Position numbers and translations under genes: made by a program
The notes under the pieces: generated by a model
Database searches by the model: none
What the model was told of the DNA's origin: nothing
The model's input: only the letters and a program-made list of their open reading frames with translations
In this document: piece after piece, positions 63,960-64,000 of the stretch
Position numbering within the stretch: the stretch's first letter is position 1
How the letters are laid out: the number at the start of each line of letters is the position of its first letter
Assembly (NCBI GenBank): GCA_011109175.1
Contig: RDEW01000004.1
Coordinates: forward strand, 458,030 to 522,029
Direction: 5' to 3'
Length of the DNA: 64,000 bases
DNA from: Dicyema japonicum
Taxonomy: Eukaryota > Animalia > Dicyemida

Positions 63960-64000
63960 GTCCGTACCCTCAGATACTAAATATTGGCAGGAAGCATTAT

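Noticed and set aside
1-64000. Myxozoan or microsporidian origin
   Set aside because: An IFT139 gene implies cilia and the innexin and Par-6 are animal-type; a dicyemid fits better, though this remains an inference
1-64000. Alternative genetic code or stop-codon readthrough
   Set aside because: TAA, TAG and TGA all terminate conserved genes, and internal stops are explained by tiny introns
1-64000. CGATCG enrichment
   Set aside because: Only modestly above expectation on manual inspection, unlike CACGTG

Overview
AT-rich (~36% GC by eye) eukaryotic DNA from a compact animal genome, standard genetic code. About 11 recognisable or well-formed genes are split by ultra-short GT-AG introns (mostly 19-29 nt): PIH1D1, a LIV-1/ZIP zinc transporter, PIG-S-like, puromycin-sensitive aminopeptidase, Par-6, VPS8, TTC21B/IFT139, FAM192A-like, SPT2-like, an atypical Rab-like GTPase and an integrase-derived gene. 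There is also a frameshifted, intronless innexin. Tiny introns plus an innexin plus a ciliary IFT-A gene point to a dicyemid mesozoan (inference). Intergenic DNA is mostly decayed non-LTR retrotransposons (RTE, jockey/CR1-like, REL/CRE-like), integrase relics and hAT elements, plus two SINE-like families whose 3' tails match LINE 3' ends in the same window. Most striking unexplained signals: (i) about 42 CACGTG hexamers versus about 7 expected, many inside coding exons; (ii) a covarying nested double-pseudoknot with HDV-ribozyme-like topology in the second SINE-like family; (iii) recurrent near-pure A/T islands, including inside rare long introns; (iv) a spliced, open integrase gene lacking its catalytic core; (v) a 2A-like motif in a LINE. 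All work was done by eye; relic boundaries are approximate.
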